NCBI RefSeq assembly: GCF_000270205.1
Contig: NC_015913.1
Span: 750,001 to 782,000, forward strand
Source of the DNA: Candidatus Arthromitus sp. SFB-mouse-Japan
GTDB lineage: Bacteria > Bacillota > Clostridia > Clostridiales > Clostridiaceae
Direction of reading: 5' to 3'
Length of the DNA: 32,000 bases
The first letter of the stretch is position 1. Each line of letters starts with the position of its first letter. Made by a program: the position numbers and the translations under genes. This document shows positions 12,829-20,961 of this stretch, one piece after another. Under the pieces are notes generated by a model that made no database searches, was not told where the DNA came from, and saw nothing but the letters and a program-made list of their open reading frames with translations.

Positions 12829-12935
12829 GATGAGTATTGTTATTTGCACATTTATATGATTACATTTGTACTTCTAGTTTTTATATTGTAGTGTTATGAT
12901 TTTTATATAAAGAAACAGAAAGGAGATAGTGAAGT

Positions 12936-13364
12936 ATGGATTTGCTAGATAAAAAAAATGTAAGAATTCTAGATGGAGCTAGCAATTGGAAAGAAGCTAT
13001 CAGGATGTCGGTGATTCCGCTTGAAGAAGATGGATGCGTAGAACCGAGATATAAAGAAGCTATTATTTCAGAAATTGAGAAGCTTGGAACTTATATCATT
13101 ATAGCACCGTACATTGCTTTGCCACACGCAAGACCAGAGTATGGGGTATTGAAAAGCCAAATTGCAATTACTCTATTTAGGAATGAAGTAAAATTTGATA
13201 AAGAAGATATCGTAGCACGATTATTTTTGACATTGGCAGCAACTGATTCTAGCAGTCATCTGAATGCACTAATGAAAATTTCTGAGATTCTACAGAATAA
13301 GGAAAAAGTTGAGAAAATCTTAAAATCAAGTGATACAGAAGAGTTATATAGTTATTTTAATTAG
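12936..13364 (+). CDS. PTS EIIA component, type 2 (ascorbate/UlaC-SgaA-like)
   Basis: RBS AAAGGAG. 142 aa. Active-site context IALPHARPEYGV is typical of PTS_EIIA_2. Confidence 0.85.
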   Translation: MDLLDKKNVRILDGASNWKEAIRMSVIPLEEDGCVEPRYKEAIISEIEKLGTYIIIAPYIALPHARPEYGVLKSQIAITLFRNEVKFDKEDIVARLFLTLAATDSSSHLNALMKISEILQNKEKVEKILKSSDTEELYSYFN

Positions 13365-13384
13365 TTAGGAAGGAAAGAGAAGCA

Positions 13385-14770
13385 ATGCGAGATATTTTAA
13401 ATATTATCCAACAAATTTTATCTACACCTGCAATCTTTGTAGGATTGATAGCGATGCTTGGATTATTACTACAAAAGAAGGATTTTCAATCTATTATCAA
13501 AGGAACTATTAAAACAATTTTAGGATTTCTTGTATTGAATGCTGGAGCTTCTGTTGTTCAATCAGCAATCATTCCGTTTGGTGATTTATTTCAATTGGCA
13601 TTTGGTATACAGGGAGTAGTGCCTAATAATGAGGCTATAACCTCACTTGGATTGAATGAATTTGCAGTTGAAACTTCTGCTATATTTGCATTGGGAATGT
13701 GTGCTAATATTGTAATGGCACGATTCTCTAGATGGAAATATATCTTTCTTACAGGACACCATTCATTATATATGGCTTGTTTGATCGCTATCATTTTGTC
13801 AATAGCAGGATTAACTGGATGGCAACTCATTGTGGGAGGAGCATTACTTTTAGGATTTGTTATGGCTATGTTCCCTGCATTGATGCAACCAATTATGAGA
13901 AAAATTACTGGAGATGATTCTCTTGCTTTTGGTCACTTCGGAAGTAGTTGTTACTGGTTAAGCGGACAAATTGGGAAGTTGTGCAATAAAAATAATAAAG
14001 GGCGTACAACTGAAGATGTAAAATTCCCAAAAGGATTATCTTTTCTCAGAGATAATATGGTATCGATTGCTATTGTAATGTTTTTTTGTTATATAGTTGT
14101 TGCAGGGGTTGCAAATTTTGGACATAATGTTGAAGCTTCAGCTATTTTTGGCGAAAGTAACTGGATTTTATATTCAATAATAAATTCGATTACGTTCTCT
14201 GGAGGTATTTACATTGTATTATCTGGTGTTCGTATGTTGATTGGAGAAATTTTACCTGCTTTTAAAGGTATTTCAGAAAAACTTGTTCCAAATGCAAAGC
14301 CTGCATTAGATTGTCCAACAATTTTTCCATATGCACCTAATGCGGTGTTGATTGGATTTTTAAGCTCTTTTGTTGGAGGAATTATTGGGTTAATAGCTTT
14401 AGCTTTTATGGGTAAAGCTGGATTAGCAGTAGCAATTATTTTACCTGGGGCAGTAGTTCACTTTTTCTGTGGTGCAACCGCTGGTGTATGTGGAAATGCG
14501 ACAGGAGGCTTAAAAGGATGTGTTATTGGGTCGTTAATACATGGCATTGCGGTTACATTTTTATCTGCAGCTTTGCTTCCAGTATTAGGATCTCTTGGTT
14601 TTGCAAATACAACATTTTCTGATGCAGATTTTACGGTTGTTGGTATCTTGTTTGGTAATCTATCTAGATTTATTACGGGCAATGGATTATTTGCAATAAT
14701 TGTAGTTTTATTTGTTATACCAATTGTTTATAATTTTGTGGCTAGAAGAAAAAATGTAGAATCAAATTAA
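13385..14770 (+). CDS. PTS EIIC permease of the ascorbate (UlaA/SgaT) family
   Basis: 461-aa polytopic protein. The N-terminus (ILNIIQQILSTPAIFVGLIAMLGLLLQKK) and overall pattern are typical of UlaA/SgaT. Confidence 0.85.
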   Translation: MRDILNIIQQILSTPAIFVGLIAMLGLLLQKKDFQSIIKGTIKTILGFLVLNAGASVVQSAIIPFGDLFQLAFGIQGVVPNNEAITSLGLNEFAVETSAIFALGMCANIVMARFSRWKYIFLTGHHSLYMACLIAIILSIAGLTGWQLIVGGALLLGFVMAMFPALMQPIMRKITGDDSLAFGHFGSSCYWLSGQIGKLCNKNNKGRTTEDVKFPKGLSFLRDNMVSIAIVMFFCYIVVAGVANFGHNVEASAIFGESNWILYSIINSITFSGGIYIVLSGVRMLIGEILPAFKGISEKLVPNAKPALDCPTIFPYAPNAVLIGFLSSFVGGIIGLIALAFMGKAGLAVAIILPGAVVHFFCGATAGVCGNATGGLKGCVIGSLIHGIAVTFLSAALLPVLGSLGFANTTFSDADFTVVGILFGNLSRFITGNGLFAIIVVLFVIPIVYNFVARRKNVESN

Positions 14771-14832
14771 GGTAATAGGTCAAAAGAATTCTTAAGATAA
14801 AATATAAATTAATAAAAAGGAGAATAGATATT

Positions 14833-15114
14833 ATGGCAGAAATTAAAAAAATATTATGTGTTTGTGGTTCAGGTCTTGGATCATCTTTTCTAATGGAAAT
14901 GAATGCAAAGAAAGCTTTAAATAATCTTGGAATTACAGATGTAGAAGTTGATCATACTACAATTGGTGACATTACTTCAGGATCAGCTGATTTGTTTATT
15001 TGTGGATCTGATTTACTTTCCAATGCAGAAAAATTTGGAAGAGCAATCGGAATGAATAATATAGTTTCCATGGATGAAATGACAGAAAGATTAAAAGAAG
15101 CTTTTGGATTATAA
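14833..15114 (+). CDS. PTS EIIB component (UlaB/SgaB-like)
   Basis: RBS AAGGAG. 93 aa. Active-site Cys context KKILCVCGSGLGSSFLM. Confidence 0.85.
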   Translation: MAEIKKILCVCGSGLGSSFLMEMNAKKALNNLGITDVEVDHTTIGDITSGSADLFICGSDLLSNAEKFGRAIGMNNIVSMDEMTERLKEAFGL

Positions 15115-15135
15115 AAAATTGAGTAATAATGTAAA

Positions 15136-15173
15136 GTAAGAATCTAGTTTTATTCTAGATTCTTACTTTTTTT
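15136..15173 (+). terminator. Intrinsic terminator of the PTS operon; overlaps the 3' end of the convergent methyltransferase gene
   Basis: Perfect 12-bp stem GTAAGAATCTAG / CTAGATTCTTAC, 7-nt loop, then T7. The minus-strand stop codon (15155-15157) and the last 3 sense codons lie in the 3' arm. Confidence 0.8.
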
Positions 15174-16480
15174 AATATTATTTCCATTGATCCATTGTAA
15201 TTGATACTGATACGATAATCTAATATTTCAAAACCTAATTTCTTTATAATATTTTCCAAGCCAGTTTTAGAAAAATAAGTTAAATGATAAGGTTCATTCC
15301 ACATAGCAGTATTTATTTTATGAAGTTTGTTAAATGCACTATTATAGTTTGGTGTTGAAATCCATAATACACCATCGTCATTTAATAATGAATAAGCTTT
15401 TTTAAGCCCATTGATTGGATTTGATAAATGTTCAATTACATCTCCCATAGTTATTATGTCATATGTTTTATCCGTCCTAAAATTTAAGAAGTCACAACAA
15501 ATAATATCATGGTTTAATATGTTTGAAATTTCATACGCAATATTTTCATCTATTTCTATACAATCTATAGAGTATCCAAATTCTAACGCTGTAGCTATTA
15601 GAGCTCCTTTGCCTATTCCAATTTCAAGAATATCAGTTCCATTTGAATATTCAGAAATATTATTTAATATATCACACCAATTCCTTAATGTATGTGTGCT
15701 AACATTCGATTGTAAATGGGATGGGGTGGGGGTAACTCCATTTCTAATTACTTTAATTGAATGATTAGTATTAAAAAATTTATGAGGATAATATTTTGAA
15801 TATAGATTTTCGCATGAATTACATTTCATCCACAACTTACTTGGCAAAAAATTATCAGTATAGTTAATCATGTTATAGCATGGGGCATTATGAAAAGGTG
15901 CACCTTTTTCACCACAGATTGGACAATTATCTACTAGCAATTGCTCAGATAATACCTCTTCCTTAAAAATATAATTTTTAAGATGATCGAGCCCTAAAAA
16001 TTTAGCTAAATCATTTTTTATTTTGAAAGCTTCCATAATTAAATCAAAAGATATAGATGGCAATGAAGTTCTACATAACTTAGATGTAAAAATTAATAAT
16101 AGAGAATGTGTTAAATCATCTAGATTAAAGTTATCTTTAATACCTAATATTAAATCTAATTGTCCCTTATTTATTTGGGGATAAATATTTTTAAAATCTA
16201 TATAAAATGATTTTAAATGTTCTAAAATTGTTTTTATTGAGGTAGAGAATAAGAATTGCTTGTATTTATCTACTAGTTGCATATTATTTGGATTTATAAT
16301 TATATTATTTTTAAGATTTTCTAGTTCTTCAGGTATTTGATCTGTTAAATTTCTAAATTGATTAAAGGTTTTTGTAAGTATGTTTTCATTGTTTGATTGA
16401 ATATCATCAAAACTGAAGCTGCTATTTATAAATTCATATATGGTAGATAAAAAATCAGTTATTTGTTCAATATGTATCAT
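15155..16480 (-). CDS. Class I SAM-dependent methyltransferase with a Zn-ribbon and an unassigned ~190-aa N-terminal helical domain
   Basis: RBS AAGGAG lies 8 nt upstream of the ATG. Cys pairs CPIC...CNSC. Rossmann motif I ILEIGIGKGAL, then DIITMGDVIEHL and DDGVLWISTPN. The N-terminal region matches nothing I recognise. Confidence 0.75.
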   Translation of the reverse strand: MIHIEQITDFLSTIYEFINSSFSFDDIQSNNENILTKTFNQFRNLTDQIPEELENLKNNIIINPNNMQLVDKYKQFLFSTSIKTILEHLKSFYIDFKNIYPQINKGQLDLILGIKDNFNLDDLTHSLLLIFTSKLCRTSLPSISFDLIMEAFKIKNDLAKFLGLDHLKNYIFKEEVLSEQLLVDNCPICGEKGAPFHNAPCYNMINYTDNFLPSKLWMKCNSCENLYSKYYPHKFFNTNHSIKVIRNGVTPTPSHLQSNVSTHTLRNWCDILNNISEYSNGTDILEIGIGKGALIATALEFGYSIDCIEIDENIAYEISNILNHDIICCDFLNFRTDKTYDIITMGDVIEHLSNPINGLKKAYSLLNDDGVLWISTPNYNSAFNKLHKINTAMWNEPYHLTYFSKTGLENIIKKLGFEILDYRISINYNGSMEIILKKVRI

Positions 16481-16549
16481 AATTTAAACTCCTTAAATTT
16501 TTAGATAGTTTTAAAATACTAGATTTGTTTACAATTGTAGCATTAACAT

Positions 16550-16583
16550 AAAAAAAGTGGAACTTAATAATTAAGTTCCACTT
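16550..16583 (-). terminator. Intrinsic terminator after cls (hairpin flanked by A-run and T-run, potentially bidirectional)
   Basis: Stem GTGGAACTTAA / TTAAGTTCCAC (16557-16581). On the minus strand it is followed by T7 (A-run 16550-16556 on the + strand). It begins 2 nt after the cls stop. Confidence 0.75.
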
Positions 16584-18032
16584 TTAAAACAATAAAACAA
16601 ATAATCTACATATGGATTCTTCTAGTTTTACTAATAGAGGTTTGTTTTTTTCAAAATTTTCATCTAATTTTATTGAATGGTTTATATCTTCATAAAATAT
16701 TTCTTTTACCTGCCTAGTTATTTCAAGATCCGTAATAAATGCATTAATTTCAAAATTTAATGAAAAACTTCTCATATTAAAATTGGCAGTTCCGACTGAT
16801 GTAACACTATCGTCCATGACAATAACTTTTGAATGTATAAATCCATTATATAAATAGACTTCTATTCCAGATTCTATTAATTGATTGATATAAGATGTTG
16901 AAGCCCTATAAACAATTCTTTTATCATATATTTTTGGAATTATTATTTTGACTTTAACCCCTGATTTAGCAGTGCTTATGATTGCTGATAGTAGATTATC
17001 ATCAAATGCGAGATACGGAGTTTGAATTAAAAGTTCTTTTTTAGCACAATAGATCATTCTTGTGTATGATGATTTAATATTTTCATAATTCTTCGAGTCT
17101 GGACCACTTGCAACGATTTGCGTACATGTTTTATTTTTAATTTCAGATTTGGGAAAATATTTTTCCATAAAGTTATTTTCCGTTTCAATTCTATGATTAC
17201 TTACATAAGATAAGTCTTGTATGAATTGGAGTTGGAGGAAATTAACGGCTTCACCAATAATTTTAACATGGCAATCTTTCCAAGGTCTGAGCCTCTTGTG
17301 TAAAGACATATACTCATCTCCGACATTTACACCACCGACATATCCTATTTTTCCATCTATAACAACTATTTTACGATGATTTCTGTAATTAAGATTAAGA
17401 TTTATAAATTTCAAATATGAAGGAAAGAATGGATAAACTTCTCCTCCAGCGTTTGTAAGTTTTTTAAATAGGGACTTAGAAACGCAAATACAACCCACAT
17501 CATCGTAGATTACTCTTACTTTTACACCTTCCTTTACTTTATTTATTAAAGTATCAATTAGAAGATTTCCTATATTATCATTTTTAATTATGTAATAGAG
17601 GATATGGATTGTGTGTTTAGCACTCTTAATAGTTTTAATGAGATCCTCAAATTTATCGTAAGCTGTGTTAAAAATTTTTATATCATTGAACTGTGTTATG
17701 GCCGATTTATTATGAAGAAAATTAAATTTTGCAATAGAAGTATCCAAGTTTGGATCATCTGGTAATGAATCGTATTCGCTATAATCGATCATTTTTTCCA
17801 GCTCATTAAAAATTCTGTAGTTCCTTTTTTCTATCTTCTTCTTATTTAATTTGGGACCACATCCAAATATGAAATATATGTAGAGAGAAAATATAGGAGG
17901 TAGCAATAAAAATGCAAGAATCCAAGATTGTATACTCCTAATGTCTTTTCTTTCTAGAAATATCATAATTAATACACTTAATATGTTTAAAGATATACAT
18001 ACCCACGAGAATGCTAAAACTAATATTGTCAT
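16584..18032 (-). CDS. cls: Cardiolipin synthase (PLD superfamily, two HKD motifs)
   Basis: Two N-terminal TM helices. HKD motifs HRKIVVIDGKIGYVGGVNVGDEY and HSKVIVMDDSVTSVGTANFNMRSF. ATG 18032 (MTILVL) has GAAGGAG 6 nt upstream. The track start at 18047 is a TTG lying inside that RBS. Confidence 0.9.
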   Translation of the reverse strand: MTILVLAFSWVCISLNILSVLIMIFLERKDIRSIQSWILAFLLLPPIFSLYIYFIFGCGPKLNKKKIEKRNYRIFNELEKMIDYSEYDSLPDDPNLDTSIAKFNFLHNKSAITQFNDIKIFNTAYDKFEDLIKTIKSAKHTIHILYYIIKNDNIGNLLIDTLINKVKEGVKVRVIYDDVGCICVSKSLFKKLTNAGGEVYPFFPSYLKFINLNLNYRNHRKIVVIDGKIGYVGGVNVGDEYMSLHKRLRPWKDCHVKIIGEAVNFLQLQFIQDLSYVSNHRIETENNFMEKYFPKSEIKNKTCTQIVASGPDSKNYENIKSSYTRMIYCAKKELLIQTPYLAFDDNLLSAIISTAKSGVKVKIIIPKIYDKRIVYRASTSYINQLIESGIEVYLYNGFIHSKVIVMDDSVTSVGTANFNMRSFSLNFEINAFITDLEITRQVKEIFYEDINHSIKLDENFEKNKPLLVKLEESICRLFVLLF

Positions 18033-18174
18033 AAAATACTCCTTCAATAATTATAACAGCGATTATAAAATACTAAATGTAATTTATATTTTACAAAAAT
18101 TAATTCAAAAATACTATATGTTGGTGAATAAAATTATTTTCTATTGTAATACTCCGACTGAGGGGTGATAAAAT

Positions 18175-19704
18175 TTGGTAATTTCATTGAAGAGTGCTAC
18201 CTTCAATTATATAAAAGGACGGATTATAGATATAGAGGTATCTATTACAAAGGGGATACCATCTTTTAATATAGTGGGACTACCTAATGTTGAGATTAAA
18301 GAATCTAGGGAGAGAGTAAGAAGTGCAATTCTAAATAGTGGTTTTAAATTTCCTCTTGGGAAAATTACTGTTAATTTAGCACCAGCGAACATTAGAAAAG
18401 AAGGATCGCTTTTAGATCTTTGCATAGCAACGGGAATACTTATATGTTCTAAACAAATAAATCCAATTAAAAATCTGTTTAATACAATAATACTTGGAGA
18501 ATTGTCATTAGATGGGCATATCAAAGGTATCAAGGGGAGTATACCAATTATTTTGGACGGAAAAGATGATGGGTATAATAGCTATGTTTTATCTGAGGAT
18601 AATTATTTTGAAACAAAAATCATACAAAACACAGATATAAATTATTTTAATAATTTTAAAAGCTTTGTAGATTATGCTGAGAAGGGAGTAGTTAATAATA
18701 ATACTAACTTAAGACGCGATAATAGTTGTAATATTGTGAAGGATAATATAAATTTGGAAGATGTTTTGGGACATGTTAGTAGCAAAAGAGCTATCCAAAT
18801 AGCAGCGGCTGGATTTCATAATATAATACTCTATGGTCCAGTTGGAAGTGGTAAGACTATGCTTGCAAAATCATTTAAATCAATTTTACCTAATCTTACA
18901 TATGAGGAAAGTCTGGATAAAGGAAGAATTTATAATTTTACTTCAATACAAGAAAATTATAGACAACCTGTATTTAGAGAAGTAAGTCATACGATTTCTA
19001 AAAGTTCATTGATTGGCAGTGGTCGTGAAAATAAAGTGGGCGAAATGATTTTGAGCAATAACGGTGTTTTATTTTTAGATGAAATGCTTGAGTTTAAACG
19101 TGAGACTCTAGAAGTTTTAAGAAAAGTTTTAGAAGATAGAAAGATACAATTAAATAAAAATAATGAAATGATAGAATTTCCAAGTAATTTTATATTGTTA
19201 GGAGCGACGAACCTTTGTCCATGCGGTAATTATTTAAACAATAGTGCTATAAAACAATGTGTTTGTGATACTGTGAAAAGAGAAAGATACATAAATAAAA
19301 TTTCTAAGAGTTTACTCGATCGCATTGATATATTTTCATATACTCCTGTGATTGATTATGTTGATGTAGGAAACAAAAAAGACATGAGAGTAACTAGCAA
19401 AAAGATTTTGGAGACTGTAGTAAAAGCACGGGAAATTCAATATTTTCGATTGAAAAAATTTGGGATTAAATATAATTCTCAAATGAATAATGATTTAGTT
19501 AATAAATTTTGTGAGTTAAGTTCATCTAGCAAACAAACTCTTGAAACAATCTATCGTAAAGAAAATATATCGACTCGTTCATATTTTAAAATATTAAAAA
19601 TAGCAAGAACAATAGCAGACTTAAATCAAAGTGAAAATATTAATGATGAACATATAATGGAAGTTATAAATTATAGAAAGTTTATAAGTAATCAGATTAT
19701 TTGA
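18175..19704 (+). CDS. comM: YifB/ComM family Mg-chelatase-like AAA+ ATPase
   Basis: TTG start 7 nt after GAGGGGTG. N-terminal Lon-like domain (GIPSFNIVGLPNVEIKESRERVRSAILNSGF), Walker A GPVGSGKTM, and a Walker B-like LFLDEM. Confidence 0.85.
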   Translation: MVISLKSATFNYIKGRIIDIEVSITKGIPSFNIVGLPNVEIKESRERVRSAILNSGFKFPLGKITVNLAPANIRKEGSLLDLCIATGILICSKQINPIKNLFNTIILGELSLDGHIKGIKGSIPIILDGKDDGYNSYVLSEDNYFETKIIQNTDINYFNNFKSFVDYAEKGVVNNNTNLRRDNSCNIVKDNINLEDVLGHVSSKRAIQIAAAGFHNIILYGPVGSGKTMLAKSFKSILPNLTYEESLDKGRIYNFTSIQENYRQPVFREVSHTISKSSLIGSGRENKVGEMILSNNGVLFLDEMLEFKRETLEVLRKVLEDRKIQLNKNNEMIEFPSNFILLGATNLCPCGNYLNNSAIKQCVCDTVKRERYINKISKSLLDRIDIFSYTPVIDYVDVGNKKDMRVTSKKILETVVKAREIQYFRLKKFGIKYNSQMNNDLVNKFCELSSSSKQTLETIYRKENISTRSYFKILKIARTIADLNQSENINDEHIMEVINYRKFISNQII

Positions 19705-19716
19705 TGGAGGGTAATC

Positions 19717-20811
19717 ATGAATTTTTATGATTATTGGATTTTAAAAACAAATGTAAGTTCAAATATTAAGATTAAATTAATAGAAGATTTTAAAACATCT
19801 GAAGAAGTGTACAAGGGGTTAATAGAAAATGGAAATTTAAATTATATAAATTTAAATGAGTATGACAGGTTTGTTAAAACTTATAAGCAATTAAAAGATG
19901 ATTTTGATTTGCATAAATACAGCAATATCTTGGATAAATATAATATAAAATTTGTGAAATATGGTGATGATAATTATCCAAATAAATTAAAGGATATTGA
20001 TAACAAACCATTTTCTATATTTTATAAGGGAAATATAGATTTATTAGATGCATATTGTATATCTATTATAGGGACTCGAAATGCTACACCATATGGAGAA
20101 GAAGTTTGCAAAAAAATATCGAGAGAATTAAGTGTAAATAATGTTGGTGTAGTTAGTGGTGGAGCAAGAGGAATTGATATATTATCTCATAAAATTTGTT
20201 TAGAAAGTAATGGCATGCCTATATGTGTACTTGGATCTGGATTATTAAACTATTACCCAAAGGAGAATTTTAAGTACTTTGATGAAATAGGGGATAAGGG
20301 GTGTATATTGTCTGAATACGATGTGTATACAAAACCTGATAAATTTAATTTCCCTCAACGCAATCGTATAATTAGTGCTATTGGGGATGGACTTATTGTT
20401 GTTGAAGCTAGAGAAAAAAGTGGAACTATGATTACTGTAAAATATGCGTTAGATTATGGAAAAGATATAGCAGCGGTACCAGGTCCAATTTTTTGGGATA
20501 AAAGTATGGGGTGCAATAAGTTGATAAGAGATGGTGCTCATATAATTTCAGAAATTAAAGATTTGTATGATATTTTTAAATTAAATAGCAATACTACTAG
20601 TATTAATTATGGGAATCATGAAAAATTACTATCTGATCCTTTCAAGTATAAAGTATTTTCATTGATAAAGAAGAAACCTAGTAATATTGATGAAATTGCT
20701 AATGAAACAGGAATTAGTGTAGTAGATATTTATAAGATATTATTTGAGCTTGAAAATTTAAATATTATAGAAGCATCTGTAGGTAACTTTTATCAATTAA
20801 AAGTAATTTAA
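19717..20811 (+). CDS. dprA: DNA processing protein DprA/Smf
   Basis: Rossmann-like DprA core (IIGTRNATPYGEE...VSGGARGIDILSH...VLGSGLLNYYPKEN...FPQRNRIISA) plus a C-terminal winged-helix-like tail. Confidence 0.9.
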   Translation: MNFYDYWILKTNVSSNIKIKLIEDFKTSEEVYKGLIENGNLNYINLNEYDRFVKTYKQLKDDFDLHKYSNILDKYNIKFVKYGDDNYPNKLKDIDNKPFSIFYKGNIDLLDAYCISIIGTRNATPYGEEVCKKISRELSVNNVGVVSGGARGIDILSHKICLESNGMPICVLGSGLLNYYPKENFKYFDEIGDKGCILSEYDVYTKPDKFNFPQRNRIISAIGDGLIVVEAREKSGTMITVKYALDYGKDIAAVPGPIFWDKSMGCNKLIRDGAHIISEIKDLYDIFKLNSNTTSINYGNHEKLLSDPFKYKVFSLIKKKPSNIDEIANETGISVVDIYKILFELENLNIIEASVGNFYQLKVI

Positions 20812-20961
20812 AAATAATTTAAAAATAATTTTATTATCATATAAATTATTTTTTGTGATTGACTATATGTGAAAAAAAATATATTATATTTTAAAAATTA
20901 TTACTTTTGATAATGTTGTTTAATTGAAATGGGGGGATTATCAATCCTTTGGGATTAAACT

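Noticed and set aside
12829-12935. Attempted to define the promoter and activator-binding site, or a cre box, upstream of the ascorbate-family PTS operon and of the bgl operon (6218-6295).
   Set aside because: Several weak -35/-10 combinations are possible but none is convincing, and no TGWAANCGNTNWCA-like cre site is visible. They are not reported as features.
16584-18032. The PLD/HKD protein next to a methyltransferase could be a nuclease-type defence or restriction-modification pair.
   Set aside because: The protein has the N-terminal TM helices, size and twin HKD spacing of cardiolipin synthase. The methyltransferase lacks DNA-methyltransferase motifs (no DPPY/NPPY or PCQ motif). The two genes are separated by a terminator.
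20804-20832. Tandem 11-mer AAAAATAATTT x2 at the dprA stop codon.
   Set aside because: A two-copy repeat of pure A/T in an AT-rich spacer, with no further copies or associated structure. It is most likely slippage noise.
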